From assembly GCA_024346625.1 (NCBI GenBank), contig AP024665.1, positions 1-64,000 on the forward strand: 64,000 nucleotides of DNA, read 5' to 3'. Position 1 is the first letter of the stretch. Each line of letters starts with the position of its first letter. The notes below the pieces were generated by a model. That model saw only the letters and a list, made by a program, of their open reading frames with translations. It searched no databases and was not told where the DNA came from. Positions 1-9,883 of this stretch are shown one piece after another. This stretch comes from Williopsis jadinii (taxonomy: Eukaryota). Position numbers and translations under genes: made by a program.

Positions 1-176
1 AGACACCCAGACACCCAGACACCCAGACACCCAGACACCCAGACACCCAGACACCCAGACACCCAGACACCCAGACACCCAGACACCCAGACACCCAGAC
101 ACCCAGACACCCAGACACCCAGACACCCAGACACCCAGACACCCAGACACCCAGACACCCAGACACCCAGACACCC
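1..176 (-). repeat. Telomeric repeat tract, 22 perfect copies of AGACACCC (G-rich strand GGGTGTCT running toward the end)
   Basis: Exact 8-bp tandem from base 1 to 176, C-rich strand at the left end as expected for a left telomere. The phased unit ACACCCAGACAC resembles a Rap1 site. Confidence 0.92.
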
Positions 177-372
177 ACAGCTCATGCTCTTCTTCGTTGG
201 CCTCCTGTGCATCTTGGTTTATCTGGGATTCGTCGAGTTCATAAATAGTTGGTTCAATATCAATAATTCCCCTTCCATTTGTATCAGTAAGCTTGGTGTC
301 GTTTGATGAGAATCTTGAAACGTTTTCAATGTGCTCTGCATCAGAGCACTTTTTATCATAGTCAGAGTCCAT
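177..372 (-). pseudogene. 5' fragment of a MAL-type alpha-glucoside/sugar MFS permease, truncated by the telomere
   Basis: ATG at 372 gives MDSDYDKKCSDAEHIENVSRFSSNDTKLTDTNGRGIIDIEPTIYELDESQINQDAQEANEEEHEL, then runs into the repeats with no stop. 'DAQEANEEEHEL' resembles the segment just before TM1 of Mal11/Mal31-type permeases. It is divergent from a glycosidase and linked to a MalR gene. Confidence 0.72.
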
Positions 373-680
373 GCTTTGTTATGGATGATTATAGTGTTGG
401 TGTCATAAAACCTTGGCGTAACTCCCAGTATTTATATATTCAACAACTTTAGATGTAGCCCAAGTCTTTGTTAGGAAGTGATTCATAAAAATAGTAAGAT
501 GATCTTTTTCAAGTTGCTTCAATACAAATTCGTTATCATCAAACTTTTTACCCCGACCATGACCTCCGGTATCACTTTTAGCAACACATTTTTGGGTGAA
601 CATTGCGACGAACATTTTGCCGCATTCAAAGTATGACGTTCATCTATATGAGTTGAGAATCTGTGATGATGAATGACACC

Positions 681-691
681 AAGTTCTGGGG
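681..691 (+). promoter_or_regulatory. Mig1/CreA-like glucose repression site (CTGGGG); a second copy at 1027-1032
   Basis: AAGTTCTGGGG and ACTTTTCTGGGG match SYGGRG with an AT-rich 5' flank. Confidence 0.45.
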
Positions 692-916
692 TAGAAATGT
701 TAAGGTATGATCTACTCCGTATTTAGTTGTCATCACTATTGATGCTAATAAGAAGTTTCCGAGATTCTAAGCGAGTATTTTGCCGATGCTTTTGAAAGGT
801 ATTACTTTTGATGATCTCACGATCACGATCCATATGACACCTCAGTTCTGTGAACTAGTCACCATATTTAGGGTCTAAATCACCATCTAGCTAAGGTCAC
901 GTCGTCGTTTACATCG

Positions 917-949
917 CGGAGGAATTGTCGGAGTCGCTTAAATTCTCGG
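917..949. promoter_or_regulatory. Tandem MalR-type Zn2Cys6 binding sites: CGG-N9-CGG (917-931) and CGC-N9-CGG (935-949)
   Basis: Exact 9-nt spacings counted in CGGAGGAATTGTCGG and CGCTTAAATTCTCGG, within the divergent permease/GH31 promoter. Confidence 0.7.
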
Positions 950-1133
950 AATAACTTTTCATTTTGCTTTGCTACAGCCACACTTTAATGTCAGGTCCAT
1001 TGAGATGCATATCAACAAAGACTTTTCTGGGGTATTGACCTTTTTTGATGATTCTCCCGAGAATTGCTTGTTTAGGAACTACATAAGTAAGGTAAAACCT
1101 TCTATATTTCCAATAATCTCCAATCAATCTGCC

Positions 1134-3584
1134 ATGTTGGCTAACGAACCCGACTACAACGCCATGGCCACACGTAACTCAATTGACCGTCATGTTGACA
1201 GTGACACTAGGTTCTCCCGTGGTATGTGGGAAACCAAGGACGGTGTCACAATCAGATGGGCACAAGACTCTTTCAAAACCGTTGTTGAAAAAGATGGCTC
1301 TCTCTATAACATGTCTGCAGCTGTTCCGCTAAGAACTAGAGGTGATCAACTTAACAATCCTACAATTTCAACCAGATTGAACTCGCCACATGAAGGGATC
1401 ATCAAAGTTGAGCACTACCATCACTATTCCAAATATAAGACCGACACAAACAACTCAGCAAGGTTTGAGATTCAGGATGAAAACAAGAACGATGACAGCT
1501 TCAGTGTTACAGAAAATGATGATCATTCAAGTGTATCTAATGGTGATTTAAAAGCCACAGTTCAAAAGAAAGGATGGGGTATAGACTTCAAGAGCGGTGA
1601 TAAGCTGCTGACAAAGCTGGGATTCAGATCAGTTGGTTGGGTCAACGATTCTCGTTACATTAACTCCCAAGGTAAGAACTCGACATATATAACAGTTCAA
1701 CTCCACGTTAGTAACGGCGAGAAATTTTTTGGTCTCGGTGAGAGGTTTGGACCTTTTGTTAAAAATGGGCAAAGGGTCGAGATGTGGAATGAAGACGGTG
1801 GAACGTCTTCAGAATGGGCATACAAAAATATCCCATTTTTCATTTCCAATAGAGGATATGGTGTGTTCGTCGACTCCACGTCTGATGTGGTTTATGAAAT
1901 CCAATCTGAGAGGACCACAAGGGTGAACATGACAATCCCAGGAGAAGGTGTGCGTTACTACATAATTAACGGACCTGATCCCAAGACAATCTTACAGAGA
2001 TATGCTCATTTAACTGGTCATCCTGCCCTTCCACCTCCATGGACTTTTGGCCTATGGTTAACAACTTCTTTCACCACTGATTACGACATAAACACTGTTT
2101 CTTCTTTCTTGCAAGGGATGAAGGATCGTGAAATTCCATTGAGAACGTTTCATTTCGACTGCTTCTGGATGAAAGGGTTCCAATGGTGTGACTTTGAGTT
2201 TGATAAAGATATGTTTCCAGACCCGAAAGCCATGCTGGCTAAGCTCAAAGAGGACTTTGGAGTTAAGATCTGTGTTTGGATTAATCCATACATTGCACAA
2301 GAGTCTAAGCTGTTCAAAGAAGGTGATGAAAAGGGTTTTTTCATTAAGAACTTAGATGGCTCGTCCTACCAAACTGACTTATGGCAGGCAGGTATGGGGA
2401 TAGTTGACTTCACAAACCCGGAGGCAACAAAGTGGTACCAAGGCCTACTTTCAGGTCTTGTTGATATTGGTGTTGATTCTTTCAAAACCGATTTTGGGGA
2501 AAGAATTCCATGTAAGGGAGTCAAGTATTTCAACGGTAACGATCCGGTGAGTATGCACAATTACTACACATTCCTCTACAACCAGGCAGTCTTCAAAGTT
2601 TTGGAACAGAAACTGGGTAAGAATGAGGCGTGTTTATTCGCAAGGTCTGCAACTGCTGGGTGTCAACAATTTCCTGTACACTGGGGCGGAGACTGTGAAT
2701 CAACTTTTGAAGCGATGGCGGAGACCATTAGAGGGGGCTTATCTTTAGCTCTTAGTGGGTTTGGGTTCTGGTCCCATGATATCTCTGGATTCGAAGGTCT
2801 TGAGAACCCTGACCCAGCACTGTACAAGAGATGGGTCCAGTTCGGACTATTGTCTTCCCATTCGAGACTGCATGGTTCGTCGACTTATAGAGTCCCGTGG
2901 AATTTCGATGACGAATCATCAGTCGTTTTAGCAAAGTTTTCCAAGCTCAAGAACTCATTGATGCCTTATATTTATGACTTGGCAATTGAGGCGCATAAAA
3001 ATGCAGTCCCAGTCATTAGACCATTGATGATGGAATATCCCGATGATATTGTTGCTACTACAATTGACTCTCAATTCATGCTAGGTGATAAGCTATTGGT
3101 GGCGCCAATCCTCTCAAAGAACAATGAAGTTGTTTATTATCTTCCAAGAGGTTCATGGTACGGCTATTTAGACGGTATAACAAGGGAATCAACCGGAGAG
3201 TATTTTAAAGAAACGCATGATTTCAAATCTATGCCTCTTTTGGTGAGATCAAACTCTATCTTTGTTACCTCGGGACAAGACATTTGCAATGAAAGGCCAG
3301 ACTATGATTATACACAAGATGTCTTGGTTAACTTGTTCGACTTACACGATGGAGAACAGAACGTGCAGATTCCAGATCATAAGATGTTGGGTGATTTCTC
3401 CGCATTTGTGACTGTTCAAAAAAGAGGTGCAGATGTTCAAGTTTCTATTTCGGGCAGCTACGGTTCTTTATCCGTGAGATACCTTGGTGTTGAAAAAGTT
3501 GAAACCACAGAGAAACAGACGTACGATGAGTTTGGAAACGTCATTGTAATTGCTTCTGGCCCAACAGTTACATTCAGCGTTTAG
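1134..3584 (+). CDS. GH31 glycoside hydrolase, YicI/AgdD-type alpha-xylosidase/alpha-glucosidase
   Basis: GLGERFGPF, YKNIPFF, FHFDCFWMK, nucleophile motif FKTDFGERIP, acid/base WGGDC, HSRLHGS. First plausible ATG is 1134 (the track's 969 start is TTG). No obvious signal peptide. Confidence 0.93.
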   Translation: MLANEPDYNAMATRNSIDRHVDSDTRFSRGMWETKDGVTIRWAQDSFKTVVEKDGSLYNMSAAVPLRTRGDQLNNPTISTRLNSPHEGIIKVEHYHHYSKYKTDTNNSARFEIQDENKNDDSFSVTENDDHSSVSNGDLKATVQKKGWGIDFKSGDKLLTKLGFRSVGWVNDSRYINSQGKNSTYITVQLHVSNGEKFFGLGERFGPFVKNGQRVEMWNEDGGTSSEWAYKNIPFFISNRGYGVFVDSTSDVVYEIQSERTTRVNMTIPGEGVRYYIINGPDPKTILQRYAHLTGHPALPPPWTFGLWLTTSFTTDYDINTVSSFLQGMKDREIPLRTFHFDCFWMKGFQWCDFEFDKDMFPDPKAMLAKLKEDFGVKICVWINPYIAQESKLFKEGDEKGFFIKNLDGSSYQTDLWQAGMGIVDFTNPEATKWYQGLLSGLVDIGVDSFKTDFGERIPCKGVKYFNGNDPVSMHNYYTFLYNQAVFKVLEQKLGKNEACLFARSATAGCQQFPVHWGGDCESTFEAMAETIRGGLSLALSGFGFWSHDISGFEGLENPDPALYKRWVQFGLLSSHSRLHGSSTYRVPWNFDDESSVVLAKFSKLKNSLMPYIYDLAIEAHKNAVPVIRPLMMEYPDDIVATTIDSQFMLGDKLLVAPILSKNNEVVYYLPRGSWYGYLDGITRESTGEYFKETHDFKSMPLLVRSNSIFVTSGQDICNERPDYDYTQDVLVNLFDLHDGEQNVQIPDHKMLGDFSAFVTVQKRGADVQVSISGSYGSLSVRYLGVEKVETTEKQTYDEFGNVIVIASGPTVTFSV

Positions 3585-3841
3585 TGGGCCCTTGGGAATG
3601 TGCATCTTGTATAGTAACATAGTATTTAAACTTTACATTTATCCGTATGAATTTGTTGTTTTCAATAATTATTGGGCACGCACGGCTTTCTTACACTTTA
3701 AGTCCGTAATGGCATGACTCAATGGGGTGGCGGGCTTCCGCTGCCGTTGCCGCTGATTCGTTAAACGTAGGGTGTGATAACTCTGGGTAATTGGGCTCAT
3801 AGACTGGAAGGGGTGCAGATTTAATTTTTTAACCGCCTTTC

Positions 3842-3855
3842 CCCCGCGTATTTTC
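3842..3855 (-). promoter_or_regulatory. Mig1-like site upstream of the MalR regulator
   Basis: Reverse strand reads GAAAATACGCGGGG. Confidence 0.5.
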
Positions 3856-3987
3856 GCCTAAATATGTGGTCCATAATAATCCGGAGGGACAATGCGGAGA
3901 AACTACTTGTAACATATAAAGAGCACTCAAAGAGCTCGAATTTCATTGCTCAGTTCCTCAAATTTTCAATTATGTGAGGGTGCGAGA

Positions 3988-5706
3988 ATGACTAAATCTT
4001 TATTGAGAAGCCAGAATAATAAGAGGCAACACAACAGACCCTGTGATGCGTGCTCTGTGAGAAAGGTGCGGTGCGATCTCCATGAGAGGAACGGGTTATC
4101 ATGTACGAATTGCTCGAACCATGGAATAGATTGTACTGATGTTAGAGTGAGGAGAAAATCAGGTCCGAAACGTATACGGCAAGAAACCAAGAATCATATA
4201 CTTGAGCTTGTATCCGGGTCTCAGGCTCGAACTCAGCAGTTCAGCCTCAACCAGATCATACCATACCTTCAGGTGTACCAAATGTGGTTCTATCCAATGT
4301 GGCCAATAGTTTCAACAAAGGAAACGATATCTATGCTTGAAGGCAATTCCTCAAGTCCTGATAGCCCTATACAGTTGGTAAATGATAAAGTTGCAGAGCT
4401 CTACGCGCTGAGTTGTGCAGTTTGTGCCGCCGTTTCAAGACATAAACATTTCTTGCGATCGTTGGATGGTGTTTTCAAGCTGAATGGCTGTCCTCAACCA
4501 AGCGAGTATATCGAAGAGGCCCGAAGGGTAATTTATGAAAGAGAGCTCAAGATGAACCCGACTCCTAATCTTCTGGTAACCTCCTATTTCATGTACATGT
4601 ACTATGATAATGTCCCAGGCGGCACAACACGAGGATTGGTTTACATCAGAGAGGCGGTCTCGCTGGCCCATATAATGGGACTCCATGAAAAGCAAACATA
4701 TGCTTCGAAGTCTCCGGTGGAATCGCATTATTTGAGAAAGATCTACTATCAAGTAATGATTACTGAAAGGTATATTGGCTTTGAGTGCAACTTGCCTGTA
4801 ATTCTCGAGCCAAATGACATTGAGATCCCATCTCTGCAAGATGACGATTATCCTGATCTGCTGTTGGGGTTTACAGAGTTGGCACATGTTTTCAGCAGCA
4901 CTGATAACTATTTCTTCAAAGAGTTACAGAGCAACAGGTCCAAACATAGTAGTTTGAATGACTTTTTGAGCTCGATGTTTCCCACTCAAGACGATTCTGT
5001 TAAGAAGAACTGGTTGTACCAAATACAGAAGAAACTCTGCCGCAAAATTCAAAGCGATTGCACTGTTACTGATGCTCAGAAGGTGAACATTATTCTGTCA
5101 AAGGCATGGTTCCAGAGCTTGGCATGGTTGATGTCTTCAGAAAACTTCCTCCTTCAAGAAGATGTAGACTCGACCCACTGCTTCAGCACGAGCTATCCTC
5201 TCAGCATTGCGAAGGAATTCCTAAAGTCCACCAATGGGCTACCTGACTATGCTTTTGAATCGAACGGGCCTGGTGCAGCGATGAAACTTTTGGAGATTGC
5301 AAATTCTTTGTACACTTCCAGCATCACCATGTTGGATCCAAGTTGTGAGCCAATGACTTTGGACTGTTTAAATGAGATATTCAGCATGGTGGTAAGGTTG
5401 AAGAGCGATATGGAATTGCCAAAAGATATATATGGGAAAATTTTATCATTTTTGGAATCCAAAAGGCTCTCCCAAACACGACTTCTTTCTGACCATGAAG
5501 CTCTTCTCTATGAAATGAAAGAGGGAAAAATCGAAGAGATTTTTGAAGGTTATGACAACAGCAATGCCACGAACTCCATCGAAGTACCTCAACAAACAAA
5601 GGAGTTATCTCTTTCAAGGTCATCTTCTGTTTTGTTATTGACGGAGATGCAAGATTCATCGGTGACACCAAATTGTTGGTCGCCATTCTTATTGAGTAGT
5701 ACATAG
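3988..5706 (+). CDS. Zn(II)2Cys6 transcription factor, MAL-activator (MalR/Suc1) family
   Basis: CDACSVRKVRC...CTNC...C followed by RRKSGPK. Middle region YQMWFYPMWP, RKIYY...TERY and FESNGPG...KLLEIA is typical of MAL activators. ATG at 3988. Confidence 0.88.
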   Translation: MTKSLLRSQNNKRQHNRPCDACSVRKVRCDLHERNGLSCTNCSNHGIDCTDVRVRRKSGPKRIRQETKNHILELVSGSQARTQQFSLNQIIPYLQVYQMWFYPMWPIVSTKETISMLEGNSSSPDSPIQLVNDKVAELYALSCAVCAAVSRHKHFLRSLDGVFKLNGCPQPSEYIEEARRVIYERELKMNPTPNLLVTSYFMYMYYDNVPGGTTRGLVYIREAVSLAHIMGLHEKQTYASKSPVESHYLRKIYYQVMITERYIGFECNLPVILEPNDIEIPSLQDDDYPDLLLGFTELAHVFSSTDNYFFKELQSNRSKHSSLNDFLSSMFPTQDDSVKKNWLYQIQKKLCRKIQSDCTVTDAQKVNIILSKAWFQSLAWLMSSENFLLQEDVDSTHCFSTSYPLSIAKEFLKSTNGLPDYAFESNGPGAAMKLLEIANSLYTSSITMLDPSCEPMTLDCLNEIFSMVVRLKSDMELPKDIYGKILSFLESKRLSQTRLLSDHEALLYEMKEGKIEEIFEGYDNSNATNSIEVPQQTKELSLSRSSSVLLLTEMQDSSVTPNCWSPFLLSST

Positions 5707-5952
5707 AGTACATTCTTTAATCGCTAAAATTAACTGTGTTTTCGTTGCATATAAACCTCTCACAGCTGCTATTTCCATTTTTGTGTCAAACTGAAGCAGG
5801 AGATAGCAGCTTTGGCATTTCATAAATCCTCTCAAAAGCAACACCATAGGAGAGTACATACCTCTGACTTCTATAAAAACAGTGGCACAGTCGCTTTGAA
5901 TATCCTGCTAGAATCCTGCTAAAGCATCACAGTGATAGTAACCCCTCTAACA

Positions 5953-6731
5953 ATGCCTAACGTTTCCAAACAGAGCCAGCAAGGTTCTCGTATAAGGTGA
6001 GCATAGATCATTTAACTGATTTATGTGGACAACTAACACAGCTTAGACTTCCACCAATCAGCAAAATACTCGAAAACATCAAAGATTTTGCTCAGCAACA
6101 TCCGTGGTGTGTACGGTCAGAATACTATGATTCAAATGTTCCTTACCCGTGTCGGAGAGGTTTGATGCATGATTTAACCGTTTACCATTTGAGTTCGGGA
6201 AAGACAATCGTCAATGATGGTACTCCCACACCAATAGGCACCGTCGTACATACTGTTCCGTGTAATGATGATGTGTACAGATCATATACAAGCGAAACGG
6301 AGGATGACAACCGCAGAGTATCCGAGAGCTCCATAGATATGCTAACGACAGTTGCAATACAGAGACTTGCAGAGGAGCGTGAATCATCAATAGCATCAGC
6401 ATCAACAGCAACAACAACAGCAGATGAATTAATCGATGTTGAATCATCAGATGCTAAGTGGCCGACGGTTGAGACAAAGAGCAAAACTGACAGGTCTGAG
6501 ACATGTGCGCCGCTAATCAAGCACGTTTCAAAACCAAAAGCATCTGTAACCACGACCCAACAGAGAAAATGTCAACAATGTGGGAAGACTTCAACGCCAG
6601 AATGGCGTAGAGGCCCTGTGGGACCACGCACCTTATGTAACGCATGCGGTCTCTTCTATTGCAAACTTGTCAAGAAAGTTGGAGAAAGAATTGCTCGTGA
6701 GAAATTGTTGACTAGAAGTAGAGTTGGTTAA
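5953..6731 (+). CDS. GATA zinc-finger transcription factor (Gat2/Brg1-like); join(5953..5996,6047..6731)
   Basis: [28 protein letters not shown]. The predicted 50-nt intron GTGAGC...ACTAAC...TTAG restores an ATG start and the frame ([23 protein letters not shown]). Confidence 0.82.
5997..6046 (+). other. Predicted spliceosomal intron in the GATA factor gene
   Basis: AG|GTGAGC donor, branch ACTAAC at 6032-6037, TAG acceptor at 6044-6046. It removes the in-frame TGA at 5998. Confidence 0.72.
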
Positions 6732-6896
6732 AATGCATGTTGAAAGCGTGGACAAGTACAAAAATAAATGTCCGTAGCGGGTAAACTGTAACCGTAAGCT
6801 TTTCGTGATGTCTGGATGTTTTCCACGTATATTAATTTGAGAACCAGAGTTGGTAATGGTGGAGCATCAGATGAGAGACAATGGCACCAAGGTTCA

Positions 6897-8048
6897 ATGG
6901 CTTCTCCAATATTTCTATCGAATCCTAGCCCTGGGTTCTCTCACATTTCTATAGTGAAGGGTATACTAATTGCATTGTCGGGGATTTTCTTTCAACGTCA
7001 TGTCCTTTGGAGAGATCTTAAAATTAGAGAGTTCTTTGTCACCACTGTACTCATCTCGTTGCTGGTTCGACTTGTAATTGAGATCCCCCACTTGCTCGGA
7101 GCCATTGTTACGAGACTCCTGAGATTAATCAACATAGACGTCGATTTCTCTCTTATTCTTACAACGATAACTGATGATATCTTGGAGCTCAGATGGTTGG
7201 CCTTGGTTGCGGTTTATTGCTATATGTACGATTCGTTTGAGTACCTATTCATGACGGGGTTGAAGAAGTTGGATGCAGAGTCTCAAAGTGAGCCCCCTTA
7301 TTCTGAATACCTCCTAAGAGCTCATACAATCGATATACACACTACGGTTCCCTCATGGTTTCCAAAAGTTGATGTAACACTGGCCCAAAAGAGATTTCTT
7401 GTACAGCTACTTCGCTCGTATGCATTGATTTGCTTGAACACAGCAATGCTGATGGGAATCACCAAATTCGGGCCCCTGGGTATTGTTCTTACCGCTCTAT
7501 ACATATCGAAGTGGTTCAGTCACATGATTGGATCCCAATTGACATTCGTACTCTTCTTGGTGGGGTTGGTTGTGCCAACTGATTTCACAATCAAGAGCTT
7601 TGCGTCTGTGAACCTGTCACTGTTGACGGTGAAATCTCTATTGACCATGCCATATTTCCAGAAAATAAGACTCTCTGATGTTAAGATTGAGAACTGGATA
7701 GAATCAAGAATAGGGTTGATAGTGGGATTTGGTCTTTTCTTCCATCTAGCATCACGTCATTTCAACATGTTGGGTTTGACAATCGTTTTGCTTGAGCAAC
7801 TAGCACTTTCATACATGATCTTTAAAACCACAAGCCCGGTACAGGAAATTACCGATGAGAAGTGGATATTAACACAGATATCATGTCCCTTCTTGTTTGA
7901 AGGGTTGCAAGTAACCACTCTCACACCAGGATTCGTGCTGATCAAGGAATCATTACGGTATGACCAAGAGACACCATCGGAAACTCCATCAAAGTTCTCG
8001 ACGCCGTTACCGTCATCAACCAATTTACAAAAACTTTCTGAGCATTAA
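6897..8048 (+). CDS. Multi-pass membrane protein, possibly UsgS/EI24-like (start may be 6816)
   Basis: Several hydrophobic segments. PYFQKIRL...W...GLIVGFG resembles fungal UsgS-type proteins. Confidence 0.6.
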   Translation: MASPIFLSNPSPGFSHISIVKGILIALSGIFFQRHVLWRDLKIREFFVTTVLISLLVRLVIEIPHLLGAIVTRLLRLINIDVDFSLILTTITDDILELRWLALVAVYCYMYDSFEYLFMTGLKKLDAESQSEPPYSEYLLRAHTIDIHTTVPSWFPKVDVTLAQKRFLVQLLRSYALICLNTAMLMGITKFGPLGIVLTALYISKWFSHMIGSQLTFVLFLVGLVVPTDFTIKSFASVNLSLLTVKSLLTMPYFQKIRLSDVKIENWIESRIGLIVGFGLFFHLASRHFNMLGLTIVLLEQLALSYMIFKTTSPVQEITDEKWILTQISCPFLFEGLQVTTLTPGFVLIKESLRYDQETPSETPSKFSTPLPSSTNLQKLSEH

Positions 8049-8329
8049 CACATCTACATCAATGGCATTGATTTCATTTAAGAATGGAATATAACTAAAT
8101 ACATCAGGATCATAATATATGTACTCTCCCTTTTTTGATTCTTCCTTTGGTTTGTTGTTTCATTTGTTGTTCATGTAAAATAGGGTACGGTCTAAGATCA
8201 AAACACACAATCACACACGAAATAAATACTTCTAGACAAGTACGCAAACAAAACTGAGAAAAGCCGTCTTGGTTTATCCTTGATTGAATTATGCTAAATT
8301 TGTCATGCACATGTGGAACTCCTCTTTGT

Positions 8330-9433
8330 TTACAACTCATCGGCGTATGGCAAGTTGTGCACGTCACCAAGAGCAACGTAGTTGAACTTACCCAACTTGA
8401 AGTCTTTAACGTTAGCGACATCAATCTCAGATGCAATCACAGCACTTTCGTTAGCCAAGGCCAACTTGGTGGCAGCGTAACCAGTAGCAGATGAAAGGTT
8501 AACACCGCCCTTCAAAGCAGAGACAACCTTCTTGATGCTAGAAGCAACAGCAGATGCCTCACCCTTGACGTACAAGGAGAAGAGACCAGCTTGGGAGTAC
8601 TTCTCAAAGGAGGCAGACGAGATGAATTGTGAAAGCTCAGACAATGGTGATGTCAAATAAGCAGCCAAAACTTCATAGGTGGCAAAGTCAGCTGGCTTAA
8701 CTGGAACAGCAATAGCAGAGATGGATTCACCAACAGCTCTCTCTCTAACTTCAACACCTTCGTAGAACTTTGGAGTGGAAGTAGCAGCGAGGGAAGCACC
8801 AGCTGGGAGCTGACTCAAGGCAGAGTCCTGGACGAAACCATTGAGAGCCTTGGCGTCAACACCCTTAGCAATGATCTCAACGTTGTCCTTGACATAGACC
8901 TTGTCGGCAAATGCCTTGATGTCATCCAAGGTCACCTTTTCGACACCGTCGTAGTAGAGTGGGTTACCCAATCCGTTTCTGAAGGAGGCAGAGTACAACA
9001 ATTCGCTAGCCTTGAAGTATGGGGAGGCCAGAGCGGTGGTCAAGTCGTACTTGGCAGCTGGCAAGACAATCTCTGGAAGTTCGTGTGGCTTGAAAGAGGT
9101 CTTGTACAAGACATCGGCAATTGCGTTAACGTAGTATGGGAGACCCTCTTTCAAAAAGTTGGCAGACAAGTAAATGGCATCTCTGTCAACAGTGGAGGAG
9201 AACACACCACCCAAGAGCTCAGATTCTCTGGTCAATCTCAAGGCAGATCTGGATCTGGTGTTTTGGAAGTTGAATCTGGAAAGCAAGTGGGAAACACCAT
9301 CCTTGGTGGCATATCTGGAACCAGCGTTCACCTTGACGGTCAAGGTGGAAACTCTACCTTCGGCGGCAGTGGCGGTGACCTTAGTGGCGTAACCTCTAGT
9401 GGATTGAATAGATGCCAATCTTCTGGAAAGCAT
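8330..9433 (-). CDS. QCR2: Cytochrome bc1 core subunit 2
   Basis: Mitochondrial presequence, [32 protein letters not shown]-terminal [12 protein letters not shown]. Confidence 0.97.
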   Translation of the reverse strand: MLSRRLASIQSTRGYATKVTATAAEGRVSTLTVKVNAGSRYATKDGVSHLLSRFNFQNTRSRSALRLTRESELLGGVFSSTVDRDAIYLSANFLKEGLPYYVNAIADVLYKTSFKPHELPEIVLPAAKYDLTTALASPYFKASELLYSASFRNGLGNPLYYDGVEKVTLDDIKAFADKVYVKDNVEIIAKGVDAKALNGFVQDSALSQLPAGASLAATSTPKFYEGVEVRERAVGESISAIAVPVKPADFATYEVLAAYLTSPLSELSQFISSASFEKYSQAGLFSLYVKGEASAVASSIKKVVSALKGGVNLSSATGYAATKLALANESAVIASEIDVANVKDFKLGKFNYVALGDVHNLPYADEL

Positions 9434-9883
9434 TGCTATTGTTGTATTTGATGGTTTCTAGAGAAGAAGATTCGAACAAGCTCCTTTTGGACTTTCTTCA
9501 AAGGCTATGTGTATATGCTTTTTATTCTGTTGTTCGTAGGAGAACTTTTTCGAATCCAATGGGAAGCCCAGCGTGCGCGGAGCAGCGAGAATAGCGTTAA
9601 AACTAATGCCCCAGGGGGCAAGGAAAATTTTCGATCACTGCGGAACGCAAAACAAAAGAGAAAATTAAAAATTCGCACTCTCTGATTGGGTGCTTACTTA
9701 CGAGGGCAGAAACGTGATATGACATGTGACTGTTAAAGTCGAATCTCAATCCCCTTCTCCCTTGTAGACACGTAAACGCTAACGGGGTGTGCACGTACAC
9801 CTTTTTTTTTTCTTCACCATTGTGAAACGCGTCTTTTCAACAGCTTTATCACTGCAAGCAAAAACATCAGTATAGGTACAACC

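Noticed and set aside
1..176. CRISPR array or ordinary coding minisatellite
   Set aside because: No spacers, eukaryotic context, terminal position and strand polarity fit a telomere.
331..349. 8-bp hairpin GTGCTCTG-cat-CAGAGCAC as the cause of the break
   Set aside because: Short, inside coding sequence and about 155 bp from the junction; compatible with chance.
403..615. 70-aa ORF
   Set aside because: Lies in the divergent promoter and has no recognisable features.
969..1133. N-terminal extension of GH31 (likewise the TTG/GTG-started extensions of MalR, ATG13, PZF1, CYS2, PPM1, GPI17, HUA1, NDUFAF7 and ESP1)
   Set aside because: Bacterial-style starts from the ORF caller. Downstream ATGs match the expected N-termini, and some extensions overlap promoter motifs.
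3882..3897. CGG pair upstream of the regulator as an autoregulatory MalR site
   Set aside because: Spacing is N10, not N9.
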